From assembly GCF_006345805.1 (NCBI RefSeq), contig NC_043013.1:49104001-49168000 (forward strand): DNA of 64,000 nt, in the 5' to 3' direction. The notes under the pieces were generated by a model. It saw nothing but the letters and a program-made list of their open reading frames with translations. It was not told where the DNA came from and made no database searches. This DNA comes from Octopus sinensis (taxonomy: Eukaryota). This document shows, one piece after another, positions 38,870 to 52,865 of the stretch. Position 1 is the stretch's first letter. The number at the start of each line of letters is the position of its first letter. A program made the translations under genes and the position numbers.

Positions 38870-39002
38870 TATATATACACATATATATACATATATACAT
38901 ATATATTACATATATATATATACATATATATATATACATATATATACATATACATAAATATATATATATATATATGTATATATATGTATATATATATATA
39001 TG

Positions 39003-39085
<83 letters not shown>

Positions 39086-39204
39086 TATATACATATATAC
39101 ATATATATATACATATATATATACATATATATATATACATATATATACATATACATAAATATATATATATATATATATGTATATATATGTAATATATATA
39201 TATG

Positions 39205-39251
<47 letters not shown>

Positions 39252-39297
39252 GTATATAATATATATATATATATATATATACATATATATACATATA

Positions 39298-39334
<37 letters not shown>

Positions 39335-39384
39335 GCGCATATATAGTAGCTGCAGCTGGTACTACTACTACCACCACCACCACC

Positions 39385-39419
<35 letters not shown>

Positions 39420-39420
39420 G
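38810..39420. repeat. Compound (TA)n/(CA)n/(ACT)n/(ACC)n microsatellite
   Basis: Seen directly. Confidence 0.95.
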
Positions 39421-39869
39421 TCGTTAGTTCTGCATCTACAACCAGCAAAATCTATATAAATAAAATTCGTTTTGCGGACTGATAGGTGTCAGTCCGCTTT
39501 TCTCGCTCGCCATATTACACTTTCGCCCTCGACGTTAGCGTTCCAATAAAAATAATTAAGTGAAAAGTATGACGCTGATTTTTTGCGGGTATCTGTGTAT
39601 GTGCGTGTGTGTGTATGTGTGTGTGTTTGTGTGTGTGTCCGTTTTCTTTTTCCCCATCAACACATTGATGGGTTGTGCGAAACAGAAAGTGTATGATGCA
39701 GAGAGAGAGACAGGCAGACAAACTGACTGACAGACAGACAGACATAGAGACAGACAGACAAACTGACAGCCAGATAGAGAGAGAAAAAGACAGTGTGTGT
39801 GTATGTGTGTGTATGTGTGTGTGTGTGCGCGTTTATTTTAACCCTATCAACACATTTTCCCTACAACGA

Positions 39870-40140
39870 TGTCAATTTGGTACAGCACCCAGGATAAAAA
39901 TAAATAAATAAAAACAATAATGTTAATGACCACGTGATTAAGAACTTCCCAGGAGAAAGTCGACAATAAGTTCGGACACAACAGTCGATAGGAATTATCA
40001 CCAGTATCCATCCACAGGATTTCCTTAACAACTTGAATCCATCGGGACCACCTATGTATAGAATCTCACTGAAAAAGTACTGTCCTATAAAGATTAGTGT
40101 TCATCAAACACAAAATATTGTTTACAGAGAAGTTTTGTAA
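39870..40140 (+). mobile_element. Helitron PIF1-like helicase C-terminal remnant
   Basis: QDFLNNLNPSGPPMYRISLKKYCPI (cf. EFLNSL.PSG.P.H.L.LK...PI), then TQNIV(Y)REVL*. Confidence 0.7.
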
Positions 40141-40236
40141 ACGTAATAACATCACGAATATGTACTATGTAAAGCTGTACATAAGTATAATCAAAACCAA
40201 CCGTTATTTATATTTTGTTGCATTTCCCATGACATA

Positions 40237-40634
40237 TCTTTATATATAAAAGTGAAGTTGTGTGTCTGTCTCCTACGATTTAGATTCCTAACTACTCCCA
40301 CATTTTGCGGTGCAGTTTAACCAAAACCGGGTATCTTACAGCCGTGATTCATATCGAGCCCTTCTGGGTATTAGGGCGCGTCTACGATGAGTCTACGATT
40401 TAAAAAAAAATTTACCATCATTTTTTTCCATTTTAATGCATTTTTTCGCTATTATATAAGGGAAGTAACTCTCTAAAAATGTCTACGATGAGTTAACAAT
40501 TTAAAAAAAAAATTACTATCATTTTTTTCCCATTTTTAATGCATTTTTTTGCTATTTTTTGGCTATAAATCTCTAAAAATGCTTATATATTTATTTCCCT
40601 TACAAACCCGAGCAACGCCGGGCGATACTGCTAG
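40237..40634 (+). mobile_element. Non-autonomous Helitron
   Basis: a|TCTTTATATATAAAAG start; 3' hairpin cccg-agcaacgc-cggg, then CTAG|t; A^T host site; internal duplication of about 70 bp. Confidence 0.9.
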
Positions 40635-40794
40635 TCTAAGTATAAATACATTGATACTTAAAGATGTTATTTTTTCCACCCTCCTTTCATTTCCCATTTC
40701 CCATCAAGAATTCAGTTTAAAAAATGGAAGAGTAATTCAGAATCCTCGTTCAGTACTGGATCAATCCCAAACTGTGTACTTCTGTTAGATAACT

Positions 40795-41850
40795 TACAAA
40801 TGCAGCATTTGATTATGATCCAACTAAAAATTATGATAATCTATCAAATTTATGAACAATGTCAGTAGTTTGTAAGCATTGCTGGGCAAAACTATTTAAG
40901 GATGAACTTAAGGGATTATGTTGTTCAAATGGTAAAGTTAAATTAAATTTGTTTGAAAAACCACCTAAACCATTAAATACACTAATTCTGGGGATAATCT
41001 GGATTCTAAAAACTTTTTTAAAATTATAAAAAAATATAATGAATTGTTTTCAGTGACATCTTTTGGAATTGGTGAATCAATATCTCTAACGGGATTCATG
41101 CCAGTTTTCGAAATACAAAGTCAAATTTACCATAGAATAAGTTCATTGTATAATACAAATGAAAATATTCCTAAATATGCTCAAGTTTATCTTATTGATG
41201 ATTTAAATAACCAAATTAATTTCAGAAATAGTAAATTTCCCGCAACAACGTTATACACTACAAGAGATATTCAAGAGATGTTTTTGGAAAATAATATGCT
41301 TATTAAAACTATGGCATCTTTGGTTACCAAACCTAATCTTAAACTATTAATTTGTGTAGATAGAGACCAGCCGGTTTTTTTTTTCTTTTCCTTCTCGAGC
41401 CCTGCCTGGTTTCCCAGTTTCTTGGCGTATAGGTTTCCCACCTGGACGGGACGCCTGTCCGTCGTAGATAAGCTGCAAGATGCAGGAGGAAAGAGTGAGA
41501 GAAAGTTGTGGCGAAAGGGTCAGCAGAGGTTCGCCATTACCTTCTACCGGAGCCGCGTGGAGCTTAGGTGTTTCGCTCATAAACACACACATCGCCCGGT
41601 CTGAGATTCGAACCGGCGATCCCTCGACCGCATGTCTGCTGCTCTAACCACTAGGCCATGTGCCTCCACAGAGACCAGCTGGTGAGCATGTACAAAGGTA
41701 CAATGACCGAATATCAAACGATGTGCGATTAGTAATGGCTGGAAGAGAAATTCCGCAAAGTAACAATTTCTTACCTATAATGATAATACTTTAAAAAATC
41801 ATCGAATTACATAGATCCTATCATCCATTACAATATCCTTTGATTCATTG
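40795..41850 (+). mobile_element. Helitron RepHel N-terminal remnant, interrupted by a SINE
   Basis: VCKHCWAKLFKDELKGLCCSNGKVKL, FSVTSFG, QIYHRISSL; after the SINE, RPAGEHVQRYN and LHRSYHPLQYPL. Confidence 0.85.
41376..41669 (-). mobile_element. SINE with a family-D-like head but a different 3' tail, 14-bp TSD
   Basis: agagaccagc(c/t)ggt on both flanks; A-rich tail; tRNA-like head gtggaggcacatggcctagtggttag. Confidence 0.85.
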
Positions 41851-42122
41851 AATCTAAATTATAATTTACATGAATAAATGACAGATCATTCTGGTATATA
41901 ATAAAATTCTATCATATACGGTGCAACTAAACGTCTTGAAAATTATTCAAAATGGTGCGGAGTTTCTATAACTGCGTGCTTTGTGCTATGTATGATTTAC
42001 ATGAAATTAGAACACAGAAGCCAGTATATATTTGATTAAACTCTCCCTCCCCATTCGACAACCATTATATAAGAGTGTTTAAAACTATTATACTATAGAT
42101 GTTTTTAAGTTGTACCAATATT

Positions 42123-42550
42123 GGATCTTTTCGGTTTGAACGGCAGTTTTTAACATAAGTTCTAGGCAACTAAAAAATTTCAAACTTCGTATACTGGTAG
42201 AATGTGTTTATAAAACATCTTTTTCTCTTGGCTTTATTGAGAAAATTCTATAGTTTGTAAGATATTTGTTGTTGTTTTTCTTCAATTTCTGCAATTTCAA
42301 CCAGTCACTGAGGTCTGTTGAGGTAAAAAACATTCTGTGCCGTATGAATATGTCCCTCTTTTAAGAAAGAGATTGGGTTTATTTACATTTGTGAAGAAAA
42401 AAAGATACCCTTCCCCCACTCCTAACCCTAACCCCAACCCTAACCCTAAAACAGATTGAAATGCAATAGATCGATACTAAGGTCATAATGATGGGTGACA
42501 ATTTTATACGACACCGCTAGAAAAAACTGCCGTTCAAACCGAAAAGATCC
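42123..42550. mobile_element. TIR element (GGATCTTTTCGGTTTGAACGGCAGTTTTT termini) with internal (CCCTAA)n
   Basis: About 29-bp TIRs; same family as 28514 and 45395; no clear TSD. Confidence 0.88.
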
Positions 42551-42900
42551 GAAGTAATACAACATAAACAATGCATCATATTGTACCACCTACATTACAG
42601 ATGGCGCAATATGTTCTCCAGCTTAGCAGAGGGTATGGCTTATCCGAAGCTATGCATTTGTGAATAGCATTTACTTGTTTAGCCGACATCCTAGAGATCA
42701 TATTTTTCTCCTCGGGTTACACACCAATATACAAAATATTACAAAAGCATTTTTCTTGTAAGAAGATGAAAGCTTAAAATTATATCAGTCTATATAATGC
42801 TTTCTGAGTGTAACGGATGACGTAAGTTTAAGGAAAGTAGCAGTTATCATGTTGACTATAATTATACTGCTTTCGTTATATATATATATATGTGTGTGTG

Positions 42901-42941
<41 letters not shown>

Positions 42942-43419
42942 TACGCGTCCTTTGAAAAGTTGCTGTGTTGTCCGTACCTTTAATTATATTTCTTCTCTGG
43001 TTGCTCTATGTTGTTATATTGTATTACAGGACCGTCATAGATTTGATTTTATTCACACATTCTTAATACACATAACTGATAAAAATGCATTCGTGATAAC
43101 ATGAGATATGCCTGTTTATACTTTTCAAATACAAACCAATTTGCAGTGTATTGTTATGATTTATTAAATCACTGAAAACGTGTAAATAATCACGAGAATG
43201 GTCGCATCGGAGCACCAACTTCCGTTCTTATTGTTCTCGTGTTTTACAATTGAGTAATTAAATTATTGACTGGTGATTTGATGGATACCTATTACTCGTG
43301 TAGATTGTTAATGAGAATCTAAATTAAGTGCATAGAAATATTCTTTGAAGGCTTAAAATTTCCTGAAGGTGACAAATTAATAGTTGGCCCTTCAATGTCA
43401 TGTCATTGACAAACTGTTG

Positions 43420-43463
<44 letters not shown>

Positions 43464-43561
43464 TTAATAATGGTAAGGAGTACGGAGATTTTGCAGGTCG
43501 ATAATTTTATTTAACACTTATTTACAGTATCTTTTTCTAGACCTTCACCTGTTTAAACAGC

Positions 43562-43701
43562 TATTTCTTTACTACCCACAAGGGGCTAAACATAGAGAGG
43601 ATAAAACAAGGACAGACAAACGGATTAAGTCGATTATATCGACCCCAGTACGTAACTGGTACTTATTTAATCGACCCCGAAAGGATGAAAGGCAAAGTCG
43701 A
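43562..43701 (-). mobile_element. 5'-truncated SINE B with 13-bp TSD
   Basis: ctgtttaaacagc at 43549-43561 and 43702-43714. Confidence 0.9.
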
Positions 43702-44076
43702 CTGTTTAAACAGCATCGACTGTATACTTGGATCTGCAACCTGGTGCCATGTTTGGTGCAGTTTCAGCAGGGTCCTTAATCTCTGCCTAAGGTGGCACAA
43801 GTGGGACTGAACCCGAAACCAAGTAGTTAGGAAGCAAGCTTCGTACCTCACAGTCACTCCTATATATATATATATATATATATATGTTTTACTTATTTTG
43901 TACTTATATTATATATTGATCATTTATTTTTATACCTTTTGAGATCTAGTTATAAGTTATATGTTTTATAAAAATATATATTATTTGTTACTTATGTCTT
44001 GATTTATGTCTATCACTGTTTGAGTTGCATAATAGTGGTCTTATCTCTAATTTATTTTTATATACATACATATATA

Positions 44077-44112
<36 letters not shown>

Positions 44113-44201
44113 ATATATATATATACATATATTATTATATATATATACATATAATATATATATATTATACATATATATATTATACAATTATATATATATA
44201 T

Positions 44202-44252
<51 letters not shown>

Positions 44253-44268
44253 ATATAATATCATATAC

Positions 44269-44299
<31 letters not shown>

Positions 44300-44301
44300 C
44301 A

Positions 44302-44346
<45 letters not shown>

Positions 44347-44942
44347 TATATTTATATATACACACATACACAGATGGAGAGAGAGAAAGAGAAACATTAT
44401 TTAGATCTTCAAAGTGTAGAAAGCTATTTCCAATTTACCTCTGGTTAGGCAATCTCTCGAATCGGAACCTTCAGGAACTCTGGTAAATCAGTGTGTTTAT
44501 AAAGGTAACGCATAATACAATGAAAGGAGACGAAGAACAAATCTACCACAATCGTTTCGGTACGAATCCGTTTCTAACGCCATTATATGCAAACGATTCC
44601 ATGTGAGGTGTTAAGCAATATTTGCAGTTAATTTTACTGGAGTGGCACTTCGTCTGACTAGGTTCAGGACGCGCGCTTCCCTATGTATGTGTGTGTATGC
44701 TTGTGTGGTGTGTGTGTGTGTGTGTGTGAGTGTGTGCGTGCATGTGTTTGTGTGCAGAGAGAAAGAGAGGTGCTTCTCTGTAAATATTTGTTTGGTTGCA
44801 TATTTACATATTTATTTGCTTGTTTATTTATATATATATGCAGATAATTCGATTTAAAAATAGGTTTTGATATTAAATTGAATAAGAAAGAAGATATACA
44901 TATTTAAACTAATAAAAATCCTATTCATTCTTTATTTTTCAG

Positions 44943-45077
44943 GCCCTGGCACGTCTTGACGGTGCATTTGAAACCATGGCAAACGGAGTCTTAGAAAATC
45001 GAAACCAGTGGCTCCAACTGGAGTCAGAGCGCCTTAAAAGCAGAAAATGTTATAAAAAAATAGAAACAGGTGTATAG
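44943..45077 (+). CDS. PDE11A: PDE11-like terminal coding exon
   Basis: tttttcag|GCC. ALARLDGAFETMANGVLENRNQWLQLESERLKSRKCYKKIETGV*, with the NRxxW motif at the end of the catalytic domain; TAG at 45075-45077. Confidence 0.85.
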   Translation, partial: ALARLDGAFETMANGVLENRNQWLQLESERLKSRKCYKKIETGV

Positions 45078-45394
45078 ACGATACTTATACCTTCATATAT
45101 ACACGCAAATATATAAAGATATCTCTTGTACATGGAATTTATGAATACAGAGTTATGCATCCAAAATTTTTTGTAGTCAGTGGAAGAAAAATATATAATT
45201 TGTTTATGAATTCATCATATCGAATACATTTTGCGTCTAACTTTTAGAAGATATTTATACATATATAATTTGTTATTCAAGATATAGAGATAATTCAAAT
45301 TATAAAATTCAGAATGTGGATGTTATGAATGATATGGTGGTGGGAATAGCAATGACTTCAAATTTTGGCACGAGGCACATCGGCTCTGATGCTC

Positions 45395-45830
45395 GGATCT
45401 TTTCGGTTTGAACGGCAGTTTTTAACATAATTTCTAGGTAACTAAAAAATTTAAAACTTTGTATACCGGTAGAATGTGTTTATAAAACATCTTTTTCTCT
45501 TGGTTTTATTGAAAAAATTCTATAGTTTGTAAGATATCTGTTGTTTTTTTTTTCTTCAATTTCTGCAATTTCAACCAATCAAATACGTCTATTGAGATAA
45601 AAAAAACATTCTGTGCCGTATGAATATGTCCCTCGTTTAAAAAACAGATTGGGTTTATTTACATTTGTGAAGAAAAAAAGATACCCTTCCCCCACCCCTA
45701 ACCCTAACCCTAACTAACCCTAACCCTAAAACAGATTGAAATGCAATAGATCGATACTAGGGTCATAATTATGGGTGACAATTTCATATGACACCGCTAG
45801 AAAAAACTGCCGTTCAAACCGAAAAGATCC
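45395..45830. mobile_element. Second copy of the (CCCTAA)-containing TIR element, inserted in a SINE B about 320 bp after the PDE stop
   Basis: Highly similar to 42123-42550; degenerate TSD tgatgctc/cggtgctc. Confidence 0.88.
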
Positions 45831-46355
45831 CGGTGCTCAACTGATACTTATTTTATCGACCCCAAAAGAATGAAAAGCAAAATCAACCTCGGCGGCATTT
45901 GAACTCAGAACGTAAGGGAAGATGAAATGCCGATAAGCATTTCACCCGGCGTGCTGACAATTCGACCAGTTCGCTACCCAAAGAAAGTCGGTCTCGGTGG
46001 AATTTGAACTCGGAACGACTCTAAGCGTGTTGTTTGACGTGCTAACGATTCTGCAAGCTTGGAGCCATTACATTTAATTATTAGTATCATATGTTGAAAA
46101 GAAAAATTGATTACAAGTTAAATATGGTGAAAGGAAAAATTGATTACAAGTTAAGTGCCTCTCCCAGTAATTAGAACTATAAATACGCCGAAAGCAGAGA
46201 ATAAAAACAATAACAACAACATCGTCGTTGTTGCTGTTTTTGTTGTTGTTGTTGTTGTTGTAGTTGTTGTTGTAGTTGTTGTTGTTGAGGCGGAGAGCTG
46301 GCAGAATCGTTAGCACGCTGGACGAAATGCTTGTGCTACGTTTTATGCTCAAGTT

Positions 46356-46575
46356 AGTTAGTTAGTTAATTTGGCTCAAAAGCAAATAGCAAGGCCATGT
46401 AGGGGGACATGGAGTTAAGTACAGGGTGGTGTTCATGTAAAGAGTTCAGGCCACTTGAGGTCCAGGGAGGCTTTGAACAAAGCGGTCGTCGGCATCTTCA
46501 CCATCTCGTCTGGCAGCTTGTTACACGGATCCGCAACCCGGACGGAGAAAGCTCCTCTCCTTCGATTGAGATGAA
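46356..46575 (-). mobile_element. CR1 3'-end insertion with (TAAC)n tail and 11-bp TSD, inside a SINE B
   Basis: RRGAFSVRVADPCNKLPDEMVKMPTTALFKASLD; atgctcaagtt at 46345-46355 and 46576-46586. Confidence 0.88.
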
Positions 46576-46976
46576 ATGCTCAAGTTCCGCCGAGGTCGAC
46601 TTTGCCGTTCATCCATTTGGGATTGATAAAATAAGTGTTAGTTGAACACTGGGGTCGAGATAATCGACTCATCTCCCCCCCGCCCAAAAAAAAATTGCTG
46701 GCCTTGTGTCAAAATTTGAAATCATTTAAGGCAGCGAGTTTGCAGAATTGTTAGCGCGCTGGACGAAATACTTGGCGGTGTTTCGCTCGTCGCTTCGTTC
46801 TGATTCGAACTCCGCCGAGGTCGACTTTGGCTATCATCTTTTTTGGAGTCGACAAATTAAGTACCAGTTGAGTACTGGGGTCGATGTAATCGACTTAACC
46901 CCTCCCCCAAATTTCAGGCCTTGCGCCAATAGTATAAAGGATTATTATTATTATTATATTATTATTATTATTATTA

Positions 46977-47020
<44 letters not shown>

Positions 47021-47439
47021 GAAGTTGCGAGCTGGCAGAATCGTTAGCATCCCGGACCAAATACTTAGTGGCATTTCGTCCGTCTATACGTTCTGAATTC
47101 AAATTTCGAAGTCGAGGAAAAGTACCCGTTGAACCCTGAGATTGATGTAATTGACCACCCACTTCCCCAAAATTGCTGGCCTTGTGTCAAAATTTGAAAC
47201 CGATACTTTCTGGCAGAATTGTTACCGTGCCGGAAAAAATGCTTCGTGACATTTCCTCCGACTTTATGGTCTGAGTTCAAATGCCACTGGGGTCGACTTT
47301 GCCTTTCATCTTTTAAGGGTCGATAAAATAAGTACCAGTTGAACACTGGGGCCAATGTAATCGACTCAGCCCCTACCCCGAAATGGTTGGCCTTGTACCA
47401 AAATTTGAAACCATTGTTATTGTTGTTGTTTTACTTCTC

Positions 47440-47670
47440 AGACCGTTCGGTCTTGTTTGTTCTGGTAGATTCTGTGAGAGCGGACAGCAGCCTGCCATCA
47501 GAAGTCTCACAGGGTCTCTTTCTGCACATTATAAGCTTTGACACTTGGTCGTTAATTATCGTGGGAGGCATTCAACATCCAAGTACTAATCTCAAAAGCC
47601 TAGCTGTCCCCATTAGAGCAATTTTTTGGACTTGCTCTGCTCTCATGTCAATTCAGGTTTCTTTGACATA
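47440..47670 (-). mobile_element. R4/Dong 3'-end fragment
   Basis: EQVQKIALMGTARLLRLVL (cf. QKTALLGTARILRKVL); abuts (ATT)n. Confidence 0.7.
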
Positions 47671-47679
47671 TCATTATTA

Positions 47680-47782
<103 letters not shown>

Positions 47783-48045
47783 CACTATTGAACGAGAGAG
47801 CAGAGCATGCCATCAAAGTGACACTGGGGTAAAAAAAAATACGAAGCCCGGTATATCCATCACCACTACCCGTCTGATAAGGGTACACCAGGCACATGCA
47901 TCACACCCATATGTACACGACATGGTGATCTTATATCAAGATAAACATAGCATGATCTTGTAGGTGGGGTCCAGTTAGAATTTTCTTCGTGATAACACTT
48001 CCAATCAAATGCCATGAGAGCCACTACCCGGTACTGCATCAAGGC

Positions 48046-48087
<42 letters not shown>

Positions 48088-49812
48088 TATTAATAATAAT
48101 ATTATTGTTATTAAGGTGGTGAGCTGGCAAAACTGTTAGTGCGCTAGGCAAAATGCTTAGCAGCATTTCGTCCGTCATTACGTTCTGAGATCAAATAACA
48201 CCCAGATCGGCTTTGCCTTTCATCCTTTCTGGGTCAATAAAATAAGTACCAGTTGAGCACTGTAGCCGATGTAATCGACTTGCCCCCGCCCCCAATTTTC
48301 AGGCTTTGTGCCTAAAAGAGATAGAATTATCGTTATTACTAAACTAACACAACATACGAGTTAGCTACTAAGCTATCAGTTACGAACAATAAATTAACTT
48401 CACATTGTAGTATGGTCTATACCATCGAAAGAAAATAGATTTTTCAGAAGGTAGGAAGGTTATGCAAAGAACAGGAATTGGTTGTAATACAAGGGTTGAA
48501 TCGTAAGAAACATTGCGCCTATTATAATAGAAAAAAGGTTTGATATTGGTTTTAGTCTTGACACTATACAGACTGTATTGCTAGCCACTGCTTACATAAT
48601 GAAACATCCATAAGCTAAGCATGTAACAATTATATTTAGCTGAGGTTTAAAGCCTGGTAAATATGGTTAATAACAGCAAAAATTCTTGGCAGAACCGATA
48701 AAGATTATAATAGTAGTGATTAATGTTTACTGGTACGATTGAGATTCTTGCTAAGCACTTCTTTCAAAGAATTCAAATGTTTTCGCAAAATGAACTCAAA
48801 TATGATGGTCACATTACAGCTAGGTTTGCATTAAATATGCAGTGCTTTGGATACGACAAAACCGTCAAAATGAGACTTACCAAACTTTTACAAAAGATTG
48901 AAAGTAATGGCTTATAAAATTTATCTTTAATCGGTTTACCTCGGGTAGAATTAAGAAAAACTGAAGAATGTAACTAAGAGAATAATAGTTTTAGTTTGAT
49001 TTTTTTATATAAATTTAGATGGAGTTCAGTGTGAGATTTTTTATGAATATATTGCTCCCACTGATCCTCCGAGGAATGACATTTTGGTTCCTCTCTGTGC
49101 CTTTCACCCTCTGGGATAAGTCATAGGTCACTGATAGTTATCGGGTGACTATTTGAAACCCATATGATTGTCTAGCTACATATAACGATACTGTTGCATG
49201 TATTTCGACATTACTATGTCCTCAATTATATAAAGGGACACTTATGTTGAAATGCAAACTTCCGACGTAGCTGCTGCCATCTTCTCTTTTATTACATTCA
49301 CTTGACTAGATTTCACACAATTACACAAATCGAATAAAATTCAACTTCGTCCAGTTCAAATTAATGAAATCAACTTTAGAATAGTCTTCACTGTAACGCA
49401 ATCTATTCAAATTATGGGCCAATAAAGTGTTCTTGAATGAACATCAGCTATTAGAGCTATGAATTTTATGCTATCAAACGTTCTTGCACCAAATAAACCA
49501 TTAAACTGTGTGGTTTATATCTAAGTTTATGCCTTACCATTGCAGTACACGAAAACGTATTCTGCATTCACTATATGGTTCATTAACTGCATTACAAAAT
49601 GCATCTTTCCTGCATAATGCTGCTCAAATTACAAATATTTTCTATATAGTTAATAAATATTTACTTAATTTTATCCGCTTAGAACGGAATAAATACAATT
49701 TCATATATTTTCTTGTATATTGTTCTATCGAATGTCAATATTTCGTAACTTCCCATCTCCTACACAGCTTGCCATCTTTGATTAATTTCCCGTGACCAAA
49801 ATAAACCTTATA

Positions 49813-50565
49813 CAGGATGGGGCAGAGAGGAGGGACATTTTTGAAAAATTTACAAAATCATTAATTTTAACTACAAACAAATTTTATTGACATCAATGCG
49901 TTTGTATTGAATTAGCATTTCCGAAACTCAAGTGTGGATAATAACATCCTTTATGTGGTGTCCTTCTTCATTGATGCATTTCTGAAGGTGTTCTTGGAGG
50001 TCGGCCGCCACTCTCTCCAACATTTCTCTGTGCATAGTCCTGTGGTTTCAACTACTGCCCATTGACCACTTTGTACGGGTGGAAATGCAGGTTTTCATGC
50101 AAAATACGCATTACCGATCGATTACCGATGGCAAATTCAATGGAATATCTCCGAGCAGAGCGATTCGAACTCCGTATCAAAGCTTGTCTGATGCGTTCCA
50201 CACTTTCCGGGATCCGTACAGTTCGTGGTGCCCCAACTGGTCTCACTCATTAGTGTACCTCGTGTACGAAATGCACTCACCCAGCGTACGATTGTGTTAC
50301 GGCTGGGAACAGCCTGATTTCGGTGAATGTTGAAGTGGCGCCGAAACTCATGCTAAACTGCTGTGACAGACTCGTTATTCTTCACGTAACTGTCGTAGAG
50401 GCAAAGACGCGATGCTCAATCGTCCACAGCGCCATGGCTTCACCTAAAAATACACAAAATCCTAAGACACCACGGACCGAATGGTACCTATCGGACATAT
50501 GTCCCCCCACTCCGTGGCTGAGTAATAACCATTTCAAAAACGTCTGTCTTCTCTGCTCCACCCTA
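49813..50565 (-). mobile_element. Internally deleted Tc1/mariner-superfamily element
   Basis: TA-flanked degenerate TIRs CAGGATGGGGCAGAGAGG / TAGGGTGGAGCAGAGAAG; GAPRTVRIPESVERIRQALIRSSNRSARR...RILHENLHFHPYK HTH region. Confidence 0.8.
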
Positions 50566-51695
50566 TAGAATATAATTGTGACTGATATAAAATTTTGTAT
50601 ATATTTCACTGACAATGCTTTGCATGGTAAGACACGACTTAATGTTTATAAAGAGATTTCTTTATATACTCTCCTTACACATTTTATCATATTTATTACC
50701 CATAATCCGAAAAACGTTAACATTATTAATGATGCTTTCAAATCTAAATATTTACTAGAAATTTAATAGGCATCTTTTTTTCTATACTCATATTATTGTC
50801 TCTGTTGTTATCGTCTCCTATTATACCGTTACTAAAATATTCCATAATTCACTTAGACCACTTATATTTTGATAATTTGAATTTGAACAAAACTGTTAAA
50901 TATGACCTCAGATGTGACCTATTGCCGTAAACCTTAGATGTCACCCATAGTTGTGATCTTAATTGGTACCGATAACTCATGTTTATGGAATTTGAAACAT
51001 TTGCGATTTACAACCCATTGCTTCAGTTCATATTTTTGATTTCCAACTCTAAAATAATTTGATTTCTATTTCTTCATAAATTATTCAATATGCTTGTGAT
51101 TACATGCTTGTGTTCATATTATTTATCCTCTATTTTACCAAACATTCAAAATGGAAAAAAACGACAAAATTTGTTTCATAAGGAAATGCTTCATGAACAT
51201 ATTAAAACCAAATTAGTTATGGCTAGTACGTATATTTTAGTTTTCATTATATTTTCATCTATGTTGTAATAGTGACACAGTACACTCATTTGAAAATAGT
51301 TTCATAAACTTCTTTTGCGAATACCATACACTTTCAATGTACAGCAATGTTAAATTTTGTTTCAATAATGAAGACTATTACAGTTCTTCAGCTGACTTGA
51401 GTTACAATATTGGATGAATTAAATGTTTCATCGGACAATAAAGGAACAGCATGAAGAAATGCTGAAACTGAAACTTTTCAAACAAAATGATTGACAAAAC
51501 GTGATCCTGTTTCTATTTCTTGTACACTTCGTTATCAGTTGCCACTTGTTTATAAATTCGGCTTTACATAGTTAATAAAGTTAGAAAGATGAAATAAATA
51601 TATTTCATGTAAAATAATTGCTCTCGTATCGTTATTAATGCGTTTTATTTGCAGTGCCTTTTGGGAACCTTAATCAAAACAAAAATATATATCAA

Positions 51696-52103
51696 GGCGC
51701 AGGAGTGGCTGTGTGGTAAGTAGCTTTCTAACCAACCACATGGTTCCGGGTTCAGTCCCACTGCGTGGCATCTTGGGCAAGTGTCTTCTGCTATAGCCCC
51801 GGGCCGGCCAATGTCTTGTGAGTGGATTTGGTAGACGGAAACTGAAAGAAACCTGTCGTATATATGTATATATATGTATATATGTGTGTGTTTGTCCCCC
51901 TAGCATTGCTTGACAACCGATGCTGGTGTGTTTACGTCCCCGTCACTTAGCGCTTCGGCAAAAAGAGACCGATAGAATAAGTACTGGGCTTACAAAGAAT
52001 AAGTCCCGGGGTCGATTTACTCGACTAAAGGCGGTGCTCCAGCATGGCCGCAGTCAAATGACTGAAACAAGTAAAAGAGTAAAAGAGTAAAAGGGTAAAG
52101 AGT
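51696..52103 (+). mobile_element. tRNA-derived SINE family A, full length
   Basis: A box gtggctgtgtggtaag, B box ggttcagtccc, internal (TA)/(TG) tract, tail gactgaaacaagtaaaagag; inverted copy at 60668-61094. Confidence 0.92.
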
Positions 52104-52500
52104 ATCAAGATTTTATAGCATTACAAATTGAGACAAACGTATATCTTATAGTAAACATTATTTAATATCAGGTTCGAAAGAATATTAATTCACCTAAAAA
52201 CTGTTAGGTGATGTTTCTAGGTGTAAGAGGTTTAACCATATCAAACTTTCGGAGGGTACGAAAATTCATAAAGGTTCATTAGATCAGCTGAATTACTTTG
52301 GTTATTCACCTGATTGATATCGTGGAATAGTTATGCAAAGAGAACGAAATGCATATACAAACCTCACACATTAGCTTTTCTCTTAGATAATAATATAGAA
52401 ATACATAATCTTTTGGACTAAATTTTTACACGTTAGACCACTGGAAATGGAAATTTTAATTAATTTCCATTTCCCTTTGAATATGATTATATATATATAC

Positions 52501-52593
<93 letters not shown>

Positions 52594-52865
52594 GAAACGC
52601 GGAGTAGATGAAACGGAGGCGGCTGAAGAAGGGGATTTTTCCTTGTGTTGTATGTCTTGTACCCTGTTTTTTCGTTGTTTAAAAAGATGTCTGTTTCCAT
52701 GGTTCGGTTTTTATGTTTTCGTTTCTCATTGTGTTCGAGGTTTTTTTTTGTTTCCTGTACCTATATATGCATGTACATAGACATATAGATGTAGGTACGT
52801 ACATATCTGTATGTATATATGCATATGTTTTATTTATTATTTTGTTATATATATATATATATACA

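Noticed and set aside
42415-42450. (CCCTAA)n as a true telomere or fusion scar
   Set aside because: Short, imperfect, and internal to a multicopy TIR element.
45069-45075. Possible donor CAG|GTGTAT just before the stop, which would extend the PDE C-terminus
   Set aside because: I found no downstream exon, and the in-frame TAG falls at a plausible PDE11 end; RNA-seq is needed to exclude it.
49255-49285. ETS (ACTTCCG) plus YY1-like (GCCATCTT) motifs suggesting a minus-strand promoter
   Set aside because: The following ORF is 12 codons with no donor site; motif-only evidence.
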